Shown: positions 20,317 to 29,283, numbered from the stretch's first letter. The stretch: DNA of 32,000 nucleotides from Alkalilimnicola ehrlichii MLHE-1 (GCF_000014785.1 NC_008340.1:900001-932000); one strand, 5' to 3'. Program-made: numbers and translations. Notes: generated by a model not told the origin, from the sequence alone.

Positions 20317-22344
20317 TCACTTCACCCGCATGCCGGGTTGGGCGCCCTGGTGGGGCTCCAGCAGGTAGAGGTCGCTGCCGCCCGGGCCGGCGGCCAGGAC
20401 CATGCCCTCGGAGACGCCGAATTTCATCTTGCGCGGCTTCAGGTTGGCCGCCATGACGGTGAGTCGCCCTTCCAGGTCCTCGGGCCGGTAGGCCTGCTTG
20501 ATGCCGGCGAAGACCTGACGGGTCTCGCCGCCCAGGTCCAGCTGCAGGCGAAGCAGTTTGTCGGCCCCCTCGACGTGCTCGGCCTGCTCGATGCGGGCGA
20601 TGCGCAGGTCCACCTTGGCAAAATCGCCGATCTCGATCTGCTCGGCGATGGGGTCGCTGGTCAGCGGTCCGGCCTCGGCGGCCTGGGGCTCACCCTTGGG
20701 CTGCAGGGTCTTCTTCGAGTCCTCCAGCATGGCCTGCACCCGGTCCGGATCCACGCGGGTCATCAGCGGCTTGAACTTGCGGATGCCGTGGTCCAGCAGC
20801 GGGGTCTTGGCGTCGGCCCAACACTGTTCGGGCAGGTTGAGGAAGGCCTCGGCGTCGGCGGCCAGCCGGGGCAGCACCGGTTTGAGATAGACCACCAGGA
20901 CCCGGAAGAGGTTGAGCCCCTGGGTGCAGATATCCTGTACCCGGTCGGCCTGGTCCTCCTGCTTGGCCAGCACCCAGGGCTTTTGTTCGTCCACGTACTG
21001 GTTGGCCTGGTCGGCCAGGGCCATGATCTCACGCATCGCGCGGGAGAACTCACGCTTCTCGTACAGTTCGGCGATATGCTCGCCGGCCGCGGTGAACTGG
21101 CGGTAGAGGGCCGGGTCGTCCAGGGTCTCGCCCAGGCGGCCTTCGAACCGCTTATGGATAAAGCCGGCGCAACGGCTGGCAATGTTCACCAGCTTGCCCA
21201 CCAGGTCGGCGTTGACCCGCTGGGTGAAGTCGTCCAGCGACAGGTCCAGGTCGTGGACACTGGCGCTCAGCTTGGCCGCGAAGTAGTAACGCAGGTACTC
21301 CGGGTTGAGATGGTCCAGCCAGGTCCGGGCCATGATGAAGGTGCCCCGGGATTTGGACATCTTCTGGCCGTTGACGGTCAGGAAGCCGTGGGCACAGATC
21401 TCGGTGGGCTTGCGAAAGCCCGCGCCGTGCAGCATAGCCGGCCAGAACAGGGCGTGGAAGTAGATGATGTCCTTGCCGATAAAGTGGTAGAGCTCCGCCG
21501 TGGAGTCCGGGCCCCACCAGTCGTCGAAGTCCAGGCCCTTGCGCTCGCACAGGTGCTTGAAGCTGGCCATATAGCCGATGGGCGCATCCAGCCAGACGTA
21601 AAAATACTTGTCTTCGGTGTCCGGGATGCGGAAGCCGAAGTAGGGGGCATCGCGGGAGATGTCCCAGCTGCGCAGACCCTCCTTGAACCACTCGGCGAGC
21701 TTGTTGGCCACCTCGGCCTGCAGGTGCTCCGGGCTGGCCCATTCCCGCAGCATCGCCTCGAAGTCCTGCAGCCGGAAGAAGTAATGCTCCGACTCACGCT
21801 CCACCGGTCGCTCACCGGAGACCACGGAGACCGCGTTCTTGAGCTCGGCAGGGGTATAGGTGGCGCCGCAGGCCTCGCAGGAGTCGCCGTACTGGTCCTC
21901 GGCGCCGCAGCGGGGGCATTCGCCCTTGATGTAGCGGTCGGGCAGGAACATCTCCAGCTTGGGGTCGTAGGCCTGCTTGATGACCTTGCGGTCGATATGA
22001 CCGGCCTGGTTCAGGCGCGAGTAGATCAGCTCGGCAAAGTAGCGGTTCTCGTCCGAGTGGGTGGTGTGGTAATTATCGAACTCGATCAGGAAATCAGCGA
22101 AATCGCGTTGGTGCTCCTCGCCGACCTCGGCGATCAGCGCCTCGGGCGTGATGCCCCGCTCGCGGGCCTTTAGCATGATGGGGGTGCCGTGGGCGTCGTC
22201 GGCACAGACGTAGTGGCAGTCGTGGCCCCGCAGTCGCTGGAAACGGGCCCAGATATCGGTCTGGATGTACTCTACCAGGTGGCCCAGGTGGATCGGGCCG
22301 TTGGCATAGGGTAGGGCGCTGGTGACCAGTATCTTTCGCGTCAT
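20317..22344 (-). CDS. metG: Methionine--tRNA ligase
   Basis: 675 aa. The HIGH motif is in [14 protein letters not shown], and the KMSKS motif is in [11 protein letters not shown]. The zinc knuckle is [18 protein letters not shown]. The C-terminal tRNA-binding domain contains [13 protein letters not shown]. Confidence 0.97.
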   Translation of the reverse strand: MTRKILVTSALPYANGPIHLGHLVEYIQTDIWARFQRLRGHDCHYVCADDAHGTPIMLKARERGITPEALIAEVGEEHQRDFADFLIEFDNYHTTHSDENRYFAELIYSRLNQAGHIDRKVIKQAYDPKLEMFLPDRYIKGECPRCGAEDQYGDSCEACGATYTPAELKNAVSVVSGERPVERESEHYFFRLQDFEAMLREWASPEHLQAEVANKLAEWFKEGLRSWDISRDAPYFGFRIPDTEDKYFYVWLDAPIGYMASFKHLCERKGLDFDDWWGPDSTAELYHFIGKDIIYFHALFWPAMLHGAGFRKPTEICAHGFLTVNGQKMSKSRGTFIMARTWLDHLNPEYLRYYFAAKLSASVHDLDLSLDDFTQRVNADLVGKLVNIASRCAGFIHKRFEGRLGETLDDPALYRQFTAAGEHIAELYEKREFSRAMREIMALADQANQYVDEQKPWVLAKQEDQADRVQDICTQGLNLFRVLVVYLKPVLPRLAADAEAFLNLPEQCWADAKTPLLDHGIRKFKPLMTRVDPDRVQAMLEDSKKTLQPKGEPQAAEAGPLTSDPIAEQIEIGDFAKVDLRIARIEQAEHVEGADKLLRLQLDLGGETRQVFAGIKQAYRPEDLEGRLTVMAANLKPRKMKFGVSEGMVLAAGPGGSDLYLLEPHQGAQPGMRVK

Positions 22345-22478
22345 GCCGATGTCTTTTGGGTTGCTGAGCGGGTGGCGCCCGGTTTTCGGGCCGTTTTGAG
22401 TAAGCCGTACAGTATGCCAGATTGTTCCGGTGCGGGCAGTGGCGGGGGCGACGGCCTGTGGTCAGGTTTTCAGGGGGG

Positions 22479-22853
22479 ATGGAAACGGTGCAGTCATTGG
22501 TGCTGGTGGCCCTGGGCGGGGGTGTGGGGGCGGTGGCGCGTTGGTGGTGCAACGCCCGCATCACCGCCCGGGTGGAGGGTGACTTCCCCTGGGGTACCTG
22601 GGCGGTGAACGGGGCCGGCTCGCTGTTGATCGGCCTGCTGGCCGGCCTGCTGGCGCCCGGCAGCGAGGCCGCCCTGCTGCTGATGATCGGATTTTGCGGC
22701 AGTTTCACCACCGTCTCCTCCTTCGGGCTGCAGACCGCCCAGTTGATCGACGACGGTCGCTGGGGCGCGGTGGTGCTCTACGTGACGGGCTCCCTGTTGA
22801 CCTGCCTGGCGGCGGTCAGCGCCGGCCTCTGGCTCGCCGGGGTGGGGCAATGA
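22479..22853 (+). CDS. crcB: Fluoride ion channel CrcB/Fluc, subunit 1
   Basis: 124 aa from ATG 22479: METVQSLVLVALGGGVGAVARWW...GFCGSFTTVSSF. It has four TM segments. The track ORF start at 22422 adds an arginine-rich, non-CrcB-like extension. Confidence 0.88.
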   Translation: METVQSLVLVALGGGVGAVARWWCNARITARVEGDFPWGTWAVNGAGSLLIGLLAGLLAPGSEAALLLMIGFCGSFTTVSSFGLQTAQLIDDGRWGAVVLYVTGSLLTCLAAVSAGLWLAGVGQ

Positions 22854-23215
22854 ACACCGGGGTATGGGTGGCGCTGGGCGGTGCGCTGGGGGCGGTGCTG
22901 CGCTACCTGCTGGACTGGCTGCCCCTCGGCGTCTTCCCCTGGGACACCCTCCTGGTCAACACCCTCGGCTGCCTGGCCATCGGCTGGGTGGCCGGCCGGA
23001 CCGCCGTGGACGGTCCGCGGCCGCTGCCCGAACAGGCCCGGCAGTTCCTGATGACCGGCGTCTGCGGTGGCTTTACCACCTTCTCCGTGTTCAGCCTGGA
23101 GTCAGTGGCGTTGCTGCAAGCGGGTGCCGTCCTTCCGGCGCTCGGCTACATGCTGGCCACGGTGGTGCTCGCGGTGCTGGCGGCGGGGGGCGGCCTGGCC
23201 CTGGGCCGACGCTAG
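22850..23215 (+). CDS. crcB: Fluoride ion channel CrcB/Fluc, subunit 2
   Basis: 121 aa from ATG 22850: MNTGVWVALGGALGAVLRYLL...GVCGGFTTFSVFSLE. The ATG overlaps the stop of the first crcB (ATGA at 22850-22853). The track ORF start at 22694 is out of register with CrcB homology. Confidence 0.88.
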   Translation: MNTGVWVALGGALGAVLRYLLDWLPLGVFPWDTLLVNTLGCLAIGWVAGRTAVDGPRPLPEQARQFLMTGVCGGFTTFSVFSLESVALLQAGAVLPALGYMLATVVLAVLAAGGGLALGRR

Positions 23216-23225
23216 TGTAACGCGC

Positions 23226-24208
23226 GAGCCCCACCCCCGCTGTGCGGGCCCGAATCAACGCAGAACGGGGCACCCCTGTCATCGCCAGGGCCGAAGGCTT
23301 TCCCCCGTCATCGCGAGGGCCGCCACCTCCTCCCCGTCATCGCGAGCCCCCCACCCCGCTGCGCGGGCCCGAATCAACGAGGAACGGGGCACCCCCGGTC
23401 ATCGCGAGGGCCGAAGGCCCGTGGCGATCCAGGGCGGTAGACTGCCGCGTCGGCTTCGCCTCCTCGCAGTGACGGTGGGGGCGACTTTCCGCTTCCGGCA
23501 CAGTCAAGTTCTTCAAGAGGGCCGTTACCTCCTCCCCGTCATCGCGAGGGCCGGAGGCCCGCGGTGATCCAGAGGGGTAGACTGCCGCGTCGCTTCGCTC
23601 CTCGCAGTGACGGTGGGGGCGCCACCGCCGTCATCGCGAGGGCCGAAGGCCCGCGGCGATCCAGAGGGGTAGACTGCCGCGTCGCTTCGCTCCTCGCAGT
23701 GACGGTGGGGGCGCCACCGCCGTCATCGCGAGGGCCGAAGGCCCGCGGCGATCCAGGCGGGGTATGGACTGCCGCGTCGCTTCGCTCCTCGCAGTGACGG
23801 TGGGGGTGCCACCCCCGTCATCGCGAGGGCCGGAGGCCCGCGGCGATTCAGGCGGGGTATGGACTGCCGCGTCGCTTCGCTCCTCGCAGTGACGGTGGGG
23901 GTGCCACCCCGTCATCGCGAGGGCCGAAGGCCCGCGGCGATCCAGGGCGGTAGACTGCCGCGTCGCTTCGCTCCTCGCAGTGACGGTGGGGGTGCCACCC
24001 CGTCATCGCGAGGGCCGAAGGCCCGCGGCGATCCAGGGCGGTAGACTGCCGCGTCGCTTCGCTCCTCGCAGTGACGGTGGGGGCGCCACCCCCGTCATCG
24101 CGAGGGCCGGAGGCCCGCGGCGATTCAGGCGGGGTATGGACTGCCACGTCGCTTCGCTCCTCGCAGTGACGGTGGGGCTGTGCTCGCAGTGGCGGTGGGG
24201 GCTAGCCC
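23226..24208. repeat. Composite non-coding repeat region between the convergent crcB and M48 genes
   Basis: Two copies of a ~50-nt motif (gagcccc..cgggcccgaatcaacg..aacggggcaccc) lie at 23226-23275 and 23343-23396. Truncated gtcatcgc(g/c)ag.. arms start at 23278, 23307 and 23336. One full hairpin unit starts at 23398 and is followed by a unique ~60-nt segment. The tandem array comes next. Confidence 0.9.
23538..24185. repeat. Tandem array of 7 near-identical ~92-nt hairpin units (REP/MITE-like)
   Basis: Units start at 23538, 23630, 23722, 23817, 23911, 24002 and 24094, giving periods of 92, 92, 95, 94, 91 and 92 nt. Each unit has a 33-nt 5' arm gtcatcgcgagggccgaaggcccgcggcgatcc, a variable 9-13 nt loop, and a 32-nt imperfectly complementary arm gactgccgcgtcgcttcgctcctcgcagtgac. 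A short ggtgg-gggcg-ccacc hairpin follows. There are no unique spacers. Confidence 0.92.
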
Positions 24209-24245
24209 TTCCTTAGCGGAAATGGAATGCCCCGACCGGGCGTGG

Positions 24246-26264
24246 TTACGGCGACACGCCGTCGCCGCCGCTTTCTTCGGTGGTGGGCAGAATCAGCGGT
24301 ATGGGTACGTGCAAGGCCGCCGCCAGTGCCCGCAGCAACTCCGCCTCGGCCACGTTGACCTGGCCGTTGTGCCCCACGGTGGCCACCATGGCCTCCAGCA
24401 GCCGCCGTTTGGGCCCAGCGCCCAGGCGGTCCAGCCGCTCCAAGCCCTCGGTAAGGGTGTTGGGCCAGTCCGCCGGCACCCCGTAGGCCGGCGGCCGGTT
24501 TTCCCGGTAGAGCAGGGCCATCCCCGCGGCGTAGGCCTGCCGTGCGGCGTCCTCGTCACCCTCGGCCCCCGCCCAGGCGAGTACCGAGAGCAACTGCTGG
24601 ATGGCGGCCGCCTTCTCGGCGTTGACCCGGGCGTGCCCCCGGTCGGCCGCGCCGGGGTTGAGGATATCGCGCAGGTGGGCGTCAAACATGCGTGCCAAGG
24701 CGAACTCGAAGACCGAAACCCCGCCGTCGGCGCGGATCAGCGCGCCCAGGGTCTCGCGCAGCTCACCCAGGCGCTCCCGCGGCTGGTGGCGCAGGGCGGG
24801 GAGGGCCAGTTCCACCAGCGGCAGCCGCTGCCCGGGCGCCAACGACTGGTCGTCCTCCAGCCACTCGCGGACCCGGGCCTCGGCGTCCTCGCCCCAGTCC
24901 TCCCGGATCCGCGCCAGCTGCTGGCGGCGCACCTCCGGGTCTTCGCTGATGACGGTGTACAGCACCGCCAGCCCGGCGTCCTCACCGTGGACGGCGTCCC
25001 GCAGGGGTTCGGGCAGGGCGTGGAGCAATTGGGCGGCGGCCTGGTGGCGGCGGGTGTCCGGCTGGTCCACGTCGGCCAGGATGGCGCCCAGGATCGCGCC
25101 CTGGGGCAGGGCGTCGGTACCGGGCAGGGGTATGGCGCCGGGAATGCGCACGCCTTGCCCCTGGCCCTCGGCGGCGGCGCGTTCGGCCTCGCGCCGGCGC
25201 TCCGCCTCGGCCTCTTCCCGTGCCCGGCGGCGCTGCTCCCGCTCGGCGAGGGCTGGCAGGTCGCGCTCCGGGTCGAATTGTGGCTCGATGGCGCGGATGC
25301 GATCCTCCAGCGGGGGGTGCGTGGCCAGCAGGCCGCTCATGGAGGCAAACCCCGAGGCGAAGAGCATGTGGCTGACCTCCTCGGTCTCCGGCGACTCCAG
25401 CCCGGAGCCGCGGCTGTGCACGGCGATCTTCTTCAGTGCGCCGCCGATGCTGTCCGGGTTACGGGTGTACTGCACCGCCGAGGCGTCGGCCAGGAACTCG
25501 CGCTGGCGCGAGACCGCGGCCTTGATCAGCCGGCCGAAGAACACCCCCAGCGCCCCCACCAGGATCAGCGCCAGTCCCAGGGCGGCGATACCCATGGCGG
25601 CCTGTTTGCCCTCCCGGCTGCCGCCGCCGACAAAGATGGCGCGGGTCATGAACCGGCCCACCACGGTGAGCACCAACAGCCCGAACACCACCCCCATCAG
25701 CCGGATGTTCAGGCGCATATCACCGTTGACGATGTGGGCGAACTCGTGGGCCACCACGCCCTGCAGTTCCTCGCGGTTGAGTTTCTCCAGGGTGCCGCGG
25801 GTGACGGCCACCGCCGCATCACTCTGGCTGTAGCCGGCGGCAAAGGCGTTGATGGCGGCCTCCTCCTCCAGTACGTAGACATCCGGCACCGGCGTGCCGG
25901 AGGCCAGGGCCACCTCCTCCACCACGTTGAGCAGCTGGCGCCGTTTCGGGTCCCGGGTGTCGGGGGTGACGCGGGTGCCGCCCAGCATCTCCGCCACCTT
26001 GCTGCCGCCGCCGGAGAGGCTCGCCACCCGGAAGGCGCTGGCCAGCCCGATGCCGGCCACCACCAGCACCGTGGTGGTGATCAGCAGCTCCAGGTTCTGG
26101 CTTAGCCAGTGCTCCGGCGGTGCGCCGGCCGGCGGGGGCTCGCCGAGGAAGAAGAGGGCCAGGGCGTTGACCACCACGGCGATGGCGATCACCCCGAGCA
26201 CGAAGAAGAGGATCAACCAGAGGGTGGTACGCCGGGCGCGGTCCTGATGCTCGAAAAAGTCCAT
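24246..26264 (-). CDS. M48-family (HtpX-like) zinc metallopeptidase with a long C-terminal extension
   Basis: 672 aa. It has two N-terminal TM helices, the HExxH motif in VVAHEFAHIVNGD, two more TM helices, and the third-ligand region SRQREFLADASAV. A highly charged ER-rich linker follows, then a ~270-aa helical C-terminal domain. Confidence 0.88.
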   Translation of the reverse strand: MDFFEHQDRARRTTLWLILFFVLGVIAIAVVVNALALFFLGEPPPAGAPPEHWLSQNLELLITTTVLVVAGIGLASAFRVASLSGGGSKVAEMLGGTRVTPDTRDPKRRQLLNVVEEVALASGTPVPDVYVLEEEAAINAFAAGYSQSDAAVAVTRGTLEKLNREELQGVVAHEFAHIVNGDMRLNIRLMGVVFGLLVLTVVGRFMTRAIFVGGGSREGKQAAMGIAALGLALILVGALGVFFGRLIKAAVSRQREFLADASAVQYTRNPDSIGGALKKIAVHSRGSGLESPETEEVSHMLFASGFASMSGLLATHPPLEDRIRAIEPQFDPERDLPALAEREQRRRAREEAEAERRREAERAAAEGQGQGVRIPGAIPLPGTDALPQGAILGAILADVDQPDTRRHQAAAQLLHALPEPLRDAVHGEDAGLAVLYTVISEDPEVRRQQLARIREDWGEDAEARVREWLEDDQSLAPGQRLPLVELALPALRHQPRERLGELRETLGALIRADGGVSVFEFALARMFDAHLRDILNPGAADRGHARVNAEKAAAIQQLLSVLAWAGAEGDEDAARQAYAAGMALLYRENRPPAYGVPADWPNTLTEGLERLDRLGAGPKRRLLEAMVATVGHNGQVNVAEAELLRALAAALHVPIPLILPTTEESGGDGVSP

Positions 26265-26427
26265 GGCGGTATTGCTGCATCCCTTTCAGACGGTGGATCC
26301 GTCAAAGGTATCTCACTCCAGGCGGTGAGGCGATGGCGGCGACGCATACGGACAGACCGGTGTGGCCCCCGCTGAACGGCCGCGGTCGTTACCCGGGCCC
26401 GGGGCATCGTGCGGGCCGACAGTGCCG

Positions 26428-27300
26428 TCAGCCCAGAGCAGGTGCCAGGTCGATCAGCCCGGTGGCGATGCCCAGGGCCAGGGCCCAGACATAGAAGGAA
26501 AAGACCTTCAACCGCGCCCGATACAAGAAATAGATCACCAGCTTCAGGGAGATGATGCCGACGATGGCGGCCACCACGAAGCCCACGGCCAACGCGGAAA
26601 ACCCGACGGTGTTGGGCAGCCCCAGGCGGTAGACCTCGATGGCCTGGAGCAGGGTGGCCGCGCATATGGTCGGGATGGCGAGGAAAAAGCTGTACTCGGC
26701 GGCCCAGCGCCGCTTCAGGCCAGTAAAGAGGGCGAAGACGATGGTCATGGCGCTGCGGGAGAGCCCCGGCATCAGCGCAAAGCCCTGGGCCAGGCCGATG
26801 ACACCCGCCACCTTCAGGTTAATGCCCTTGAGGCCGCGCCGACGCGGGGCCAGACGGTCGGTCCACCAGAGCAGGATGCCGGTCAGGGTCAGGGTGCCGG
26901 CGATCATCAGCGGCGAGGCAAAGACGTGCTCGAAGGTGGCCTTCAGCGTCAACCCCAGCACCCCGGTGCACAACACCGAGAACATCCCCAGCCAGAACAG
27001 CCGCCAGTAGAGCGGCAGGCCCCCGCGACCGCCTCGCCCGGCCCACTCCCAGGCGCCGCCCAGTGCGTTCAGGCTGAAGCGCCACAGGCTGGGCCAAAAG
27101 ACCACCGCGATGGAGACCAGCGTACCCACGTGCACCACCAAGGCGAAGAGGATCATCTCCGCGCTCTCCGGGGGCGGCAGCGTCTCCCCGCGGGCGATCA
27201 GCCAGTGCTCGGTGAGCACCATGTGGGCGGTGGAGCTGACGGGCAGGAACATGAAGATGCCCTGAATGACACCAAGCAGGGCGGCGATCCATAAGGCCAT
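26428..27300 (-). CDS. uppP: Undecaprenyl-diphosphate phosphatase
   Basis: 290 aa polytopic membrane protein. The UppP/BacA motifs are GIFMFLPVSSTAHM and LMPGLSRSAMTI. Confidence 0.9.
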   Translation of the reverse strand: MALWIAALLGVIQGIFMFLPVSSTAHMVLTEHWLIARGETLPPPESAEMILFALVVHVGTLVSIAVVFWPSLWRFSLNALGGAWEWAGRGGRGGLPLYWRLFWLGMFSVLCTGVLGLTLKATFEHVFASPLMIAGTLTLTGILLWWTDRLAPRRRGLKGINLKVAGVIGLAQGFALMPGLSRSAMTIVFALFTGLKRRWAAEYSFFLAIPTICAATLLQAIEVYRLGLPNTVGFSALAVGFVVAAIVGIISLKLVIYFLYRARLKVFSFYVWALALGIATGLIDLAPALG

Positions 27301-28092
27301 GGGCTGGCGGTCCTTGTGCTGTGGAGCGAAGCGGTTCTTCTACCGCTGGCCGCCCTTAGGGTCAAGGTGTACCGGTTGGCCATTCGCCGGCCGCCCATCG
27401 ACGGCGCCGGGGTAGCGCCCCATAAACGCCATTGTGGCTCTATATTTCCGGGGATTGGCGTGATAGTCAGGCGCTCTTCAATAGCATTGTTCCAGCACCC
27501 CGTGATTCGTGTTGCAAACGGTATGACAGGTCGGTAGCATTGCGCCCTGCATAACGAAGGCAACAGGGGGAGGACTCCCACCGAAGATGGAACCTCCGAG
27601 TAGCAAAATCCAGCGAACTGGGGTGATCCGCGTGAGCGGACCGCGCCCGGCCCTGCCTGCCTGAACCGCATTTATCGGCTGCATCCCCTGTAGTCGCTTT
27701 GATCAGGCCGGCCCCGGCCTGGTGCTCCCCAAAAGCTGATAGTCCGCATTCGACAGCCCGGGTGATCCTGTGCCCGGGGTGTTGTGCGCAACTGTTGTGG
27801 CCAACGATTGTCGCCGCAATAGGGCTCGTTGTCGTGTTCGCGTGCCTCTATTGCTTCGGTGATGATCGGGTCAATAGGGAGCTATTGTCATGAGAAATGA
27901 TTGTGTAATGAAAGTGGCCATTGCCGATATCCAGGGTGCTGAAACGGAAGCGCAGACGGTGGCCACGGTGATGCATCAGGACTTCAGTGGTCTGGCGGTC
28001 TACTTCCTGACCGCGGCCTGGTTGCTCGGTGTCTCGGCCTGATCGGCCGCGATGGCGGAAAGTCCCCGATAAAAAACAAAGGAGTTGGCGCC

Positions 28093-29172
28093 ATGCATTT
28101 TCGCAATTTTTCCATTGCAGTGGCGGCCGGTGCGTTGGCGCTGCCCCTGGTGGCCCAGGCGGATGGGTTGACCCTCTACGGGGAAGTCCACCTCTCTGCC
28201 GACATTGCCCATGATGGCGACCGTCGCAGCGAATTCCTGGCCAGTCGCGGGTCCCTGCTGGGCATAACGGGCTCAGAATACTTGGGCGCGGGCCTTACCG
28301 GCCTTTTCCAGTACGAGACCGAGGTCCACCTGACCGCCGGCGGAGACGGCCTGTTCGGGGCCGGCGAGAACGCATTTGTTGGGCTGGACGGTGCGTTCGG
28401 TACCGTTCTGGCCGGGCACATGGAGGATCCGCTGTTCGTCGCGATCGACGACCTGCAGATGTTCGTCGACCGCGTGGGCGATGCCCACCTGTTTGGGGCC
28501 ACGCCGGGCAACAACGAGTTTCAGGAGAACGTCCTGGTCTACCTGAGCCCCGAGCTCAACGGCTTTTCGCTGACCGCAATGTACGGGCCGCGCCAGGGCA
28601 CTGCCCGTGGCGATCTGTGGGTCGCCCATGGCCAGTTCGACGGGGAGCTTGGCGATGGCAACCTCTATGCCGGCCTGTCTTATCTGCAGGCCAATCAGGG
28701 GCGCGTGGATGAGCTCTTTGACCTAAGCCCGGGCGATGAGGGGTTCGGCGAATGGAAGCACAAGCTCTACCAGCTGGCCTTGGGTTATGAACGGCCGGAC
28801 GTCTGGCGCGGCTTCGCCTTCTATCAGTGTTACCAAAGCACCGATGTCGCCCCGTTGGAGGACGACCGCGTGTTCGGAGTCGGCGTGGGGGTGCTGGCCC
28901 GTCCCGATGTGGAGCTCCTGGCCCAGGTGACCCGCTACGACGCCGATGCGTCCCGCAGCGACAGCACGCTCTATGCCGTGGGGGCCGATTACTTCATCAC
29001 CGATCGCACCACGCTTTACGCGGCTTACGCCATGAGCCGTAACCAGCGTAATGCCGACAGGCTGCCCACCGAGCCCGATTACTACGGCGCAGATGACGAG
29101 AGTCGGGGCGTGAACGTGGCCCAGGGCGATAATGCCTGGGCGGTGTCCCTCGGCGTTAAGCATGCCTTTTGA
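28093..29172 (+). CDS. Outer-membrane porin (Gram-negative general porin family)
   Basis: 359 aa. The signal peptide is MHFRNFSIAVAAGALALPLVAQA/DG. The start LTLYGEVHLS is typical of porins. The protein shows an alternating beta-strand pattern rich in aromatic residues and glycine, and ends with the C-terminal beta-signal ...VSLGVKHAF. AAGGAG at 28079-28084 lies 8 nt before the ATG. Confidence 0.85.
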   Translation: MHFRNFSIAVAAGALALPLVAQADGLTLYGEVHLSADIAHDGDRRSEFLASRGSLLGITGSEYLGAGLTGLFQYETEVHLTAGGDGLFGAGENAFVGLDGAFGTVLAGHMEDPLFVAIDDLQMFVDRVGDAHLFGATPGNNEFQENVLVYLSPELNGFSLTAMYGPRQGTARGDLWVAHGQFDGELGDGNLYAGLSYLQANQGRVDELFDLSPGDEGFGEWKHKLYQLALGYERPDVWRGFAFYQCYQSTDVAPLEDDRVFGVGVGVLARPDVELLAQVTRYDADASRSDSTLYAVGADYFITDRTTLYAAYAMSRNQRNADRLPTEPDYYGADDESRGVNVAQGDNAWAVSLGVKHAF

Positions 29173-29193
29173 GCCTGCCGCCCTGTTGGGCCG

Positions 29194-29234
29194 CCGGGCT
29201 GCGGCCCAGGCCAGACGCCTGGCCCGCAGCCCGG
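29194..29234 (+). terminator. 17-bp stem hairpin 22 nt downstream of the porin stop
   Basis: ccgggctgcggcccagg, a 7-nt loop, then cctggcccgcagcccgg, with one central mismatch. A short T-run (gggttttcattt) begins ~12 nt later. It is probably the porin terminator. Confidence 0.5.
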
Positions 29235-29253
29235 GTAACCACTGGGTTTTCAT

Positions 29254-29283
29254 TTGACGGGTTATCGGTCCACAGGTTATTTT
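29254..29283 (+). promoter_or_regulatory. Candidate sigma70 promoter (TTGACG, 18-nt spacer, TATTTT)
   Basis: The -35 TTGACG is at 29254-29259 and the -10 TATTTT at 29278-29283, within a ~52% GC stretch. The promoter points toward the small ORF at 29596 and the MgtE-like genes. The call rests on pattern only. Confidence 0.3.

Noticed and set aside
20275-22173. A 632-aa plus-strand ORF.
   Set aside because: It is fully antisense to metG, which has unambiguous HIGH/KMSKS motifs. Its composition is low-complexity and rich in G, L, A, V and Q, as is typical of antisense frames in high-GC DNA.
22345-22478. A possible fluoride (crcB-motif) riboswitch upstream of crcB.
   Set aside because: I could not find the conserved GGCGAUGG / AACCGCC / CUGAUGAU elements by eye. 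Only a one-off GGCGACGG is present. An Infernal search is still needed to be certain.
23226-24208. A regularly spaced repeat array that might be taken for a CRISPR locus.
   Set aside because: The whole ~92-nt period is conserved from unit to unit, so there are no unique spacers. The repeats are far longer than CRISPR repeats and form long internal hairpins. No cas genes are in the window.
23564-24216. Track ORFs inside the repeat array (77, 94, 99, 61 and 78 aa on both strands, e.g. VIARAEGPRRSRGVDCRVASLLAVTVG).
   Set aside because: They are reiterations of the repeat read in shifting frames, because the period is 91-95 nt and not a fixed multiple of 3. They occur symmetrically on both strands because of the inverted-repeat structure. 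They have no start context.
24180-26105. 641-aa and 410-aa plus-strand ORFs.
   Set aside because: They are antisense to, or out of frame with, the M48 peptidase gene, and no motifs are present. The same reasoning applies to 3653-5368 (antisense to recB), 9632-11161 (antisense to hemL), 12907-14379 (antisense to DUF1841 and nth), 16696-17790 and 17622-18893 (antisense to rnfD and rnfC), 28723-29385 (antisense to the porin) and 29620-30255 (antisense to the MgtE_N paralog).
27735-27761. gctgatagtccgcattcgacagcccgg resembles the 5' end of tmRNA (GGGGCUGAUUCUGGAUUCGACGGG).
   Set aside because: There is no 5' GGGG. There is no tRNA-like 3' end (GGUUCGA...CUCCACCA) anywhere in the following 400 nt, and no tag reading frame. 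The resemblance is probably fortuitous.
28057-28065. GGAAAGTCC, the core of the RNase P RNA CR-I motif.
   Set aside because: The flanks do not match (CCGAT instead of GGGCTC). The remaining ~300 nt would have to lie inside the porin CDS. It sits in the porin 5' UTR just before the SD.
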